A DNA stretch of 64,000 nucleotides from Takakia lepidozioides. Lineage: Eukaryota; Plantae; Bryophyta. A program made the translations under genes and the position numbers. Shown here one piece after another: positions 62,994 through 64,000 of the stretch. The notes under the pieces are model-generated. The model searched no databases and had not been told where the DNA came from. It saw only the letters and a program-made list of their open reading frames with translations. Numbering within the stretch: the first letter of the stretch is position 1; each line of letters starts with the position of its first letter. Location of the stretch: positions 46,872,001-46,936,000 of the forward strand of contig CM060734.1 in assembly GCA_030704615.1 (NCBI GenBank), given 5' to 3'.

Positions 62994-64000
62994 GTATGTC
63001 ATGCAGCCTATACCCCGGGTGTGTATAGAACCCAGGTTTAGGATTCCAAACATACCCAGATTGAAACCATACCAGTCGCAGTAGCTGGCAGAGCAATACT
63101 GTGATTGCGAACAGTACCCATGGGGGGTGTTTCAGGATGGGAGGGGTAGCAGTTATGGCATTAGGGTTTGTCATGCTATGTTGCTATGGGAGGGGTTTTA
63201 TTTTTGCGGCTGGAACTTTGATGTGGGGAGGTGCAATTTAAGATTGAGCAGATCGGGTTTTGGGGACGGGTATTGCTGCAAGGTTCCATCGGGCTGCAGC
63301 AGGGGTAAGTTTAACATATTGTGCGAGCACCTGGGTTCAATGAGTTAGGGGCACGCAATTTTTGTAGGAGGAAAGGTGTGCGGATTGCGGTAACTCGGTG
63401 ACTCGTAATATCGCGTTACGTACCTTTGTGCTTGAACTTGTCTTATGGGCTCGATCTGGTCTTTAGAGTAGGCTCGTTCTGTTCTGTTTGTGTGGGCTTG
63501 ATGTGGTCTTTAGGATGGGCTTATGTGGTCTTTTTGTCCTGCTTTACGGTGGGTTCATTTCCTCTAGTGTTTTCCATTGTCTGCCAGCCTTCATCTGCTG
63601 TTGGGAGTGCCAGCACTAGTTTCTCCTTGGAGGGTCTAAGTGTTTCTGACTTTGAGAGGTCATTTTACGATGATGGGGATGACACAGGGGTCACCACAGA
63701 GTCAGTGGATGCAACTGCAACATCCCACGTGTCTTCCCAACAAGATCCTGCCGAAACATGCGATGAGGTGCGAGCTGCAGAAGAGGAGGCCATTTGGAGA
63801 GTGTTGTACTCCAAGCTTGAAGACAATGCCAAGTTCTGGGTGCCGTTCCACAGGAGTAGCTCGATTTGGGCTTTCTATCTTCTAGCACATGCATCTTGTG
63901 CATCTGAAGGTTTGTCTTCTGCCCCCAGTTCCAACACACGCAATCGAAAAGGCCTTGTGAAATATAACCCAACACATGGAAGTACTTCCATGAAAAAACA

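Overview
Eukaryotic, intron-rich land-plant DNA, probably from a non-seed plant (an inference from gene content and transposon types; the species cannot be determined). Exons were assembled by hand from GT/AG sites and codon phase. Left to right the genes are: a RUN-domain protein (minus, runs off the left edge and is absent from the ORF track); an uncharacterised protein with a CINP-like C-terminus (plus); a 60-aa Ala-rich microprotein (minus); CDC6 (minus, 14 exons); an MBD10/11-type methyl-CpG-binding gene with a frame-broken acidic tail (minus); an LCBK2-type sphingoid base kinase (plus, 12 exons); an intronless stomatin-like SPFH gene (plus); a small plastid-type membrane protein (minus); and a beta-carbonic anhydrase (minus, 8 exons). 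Introns hold about 17 fragments of a LINE family (A) that ends in (CT)n and inserts into TC-rich targets, plus a second LINE family (B) with a (CATTT)n tail, a solo LTR and a stranded B3-domain fragment. The right end has an AT-rich island and a full-length chromoviral Ty3/Gypsy element (56834-62993; 722-bp LTRs; GTATG target-site duplication, TSD). No rRNA, tRNA or CRISPR array was seen. The strongest leads are the plant RUN-domain protein, the self-nesting (TC)n-primed LINE system, the candidate plant CINP homologue and the stomatin retrogene. All homology calls come from remembered motifs, not database searches.
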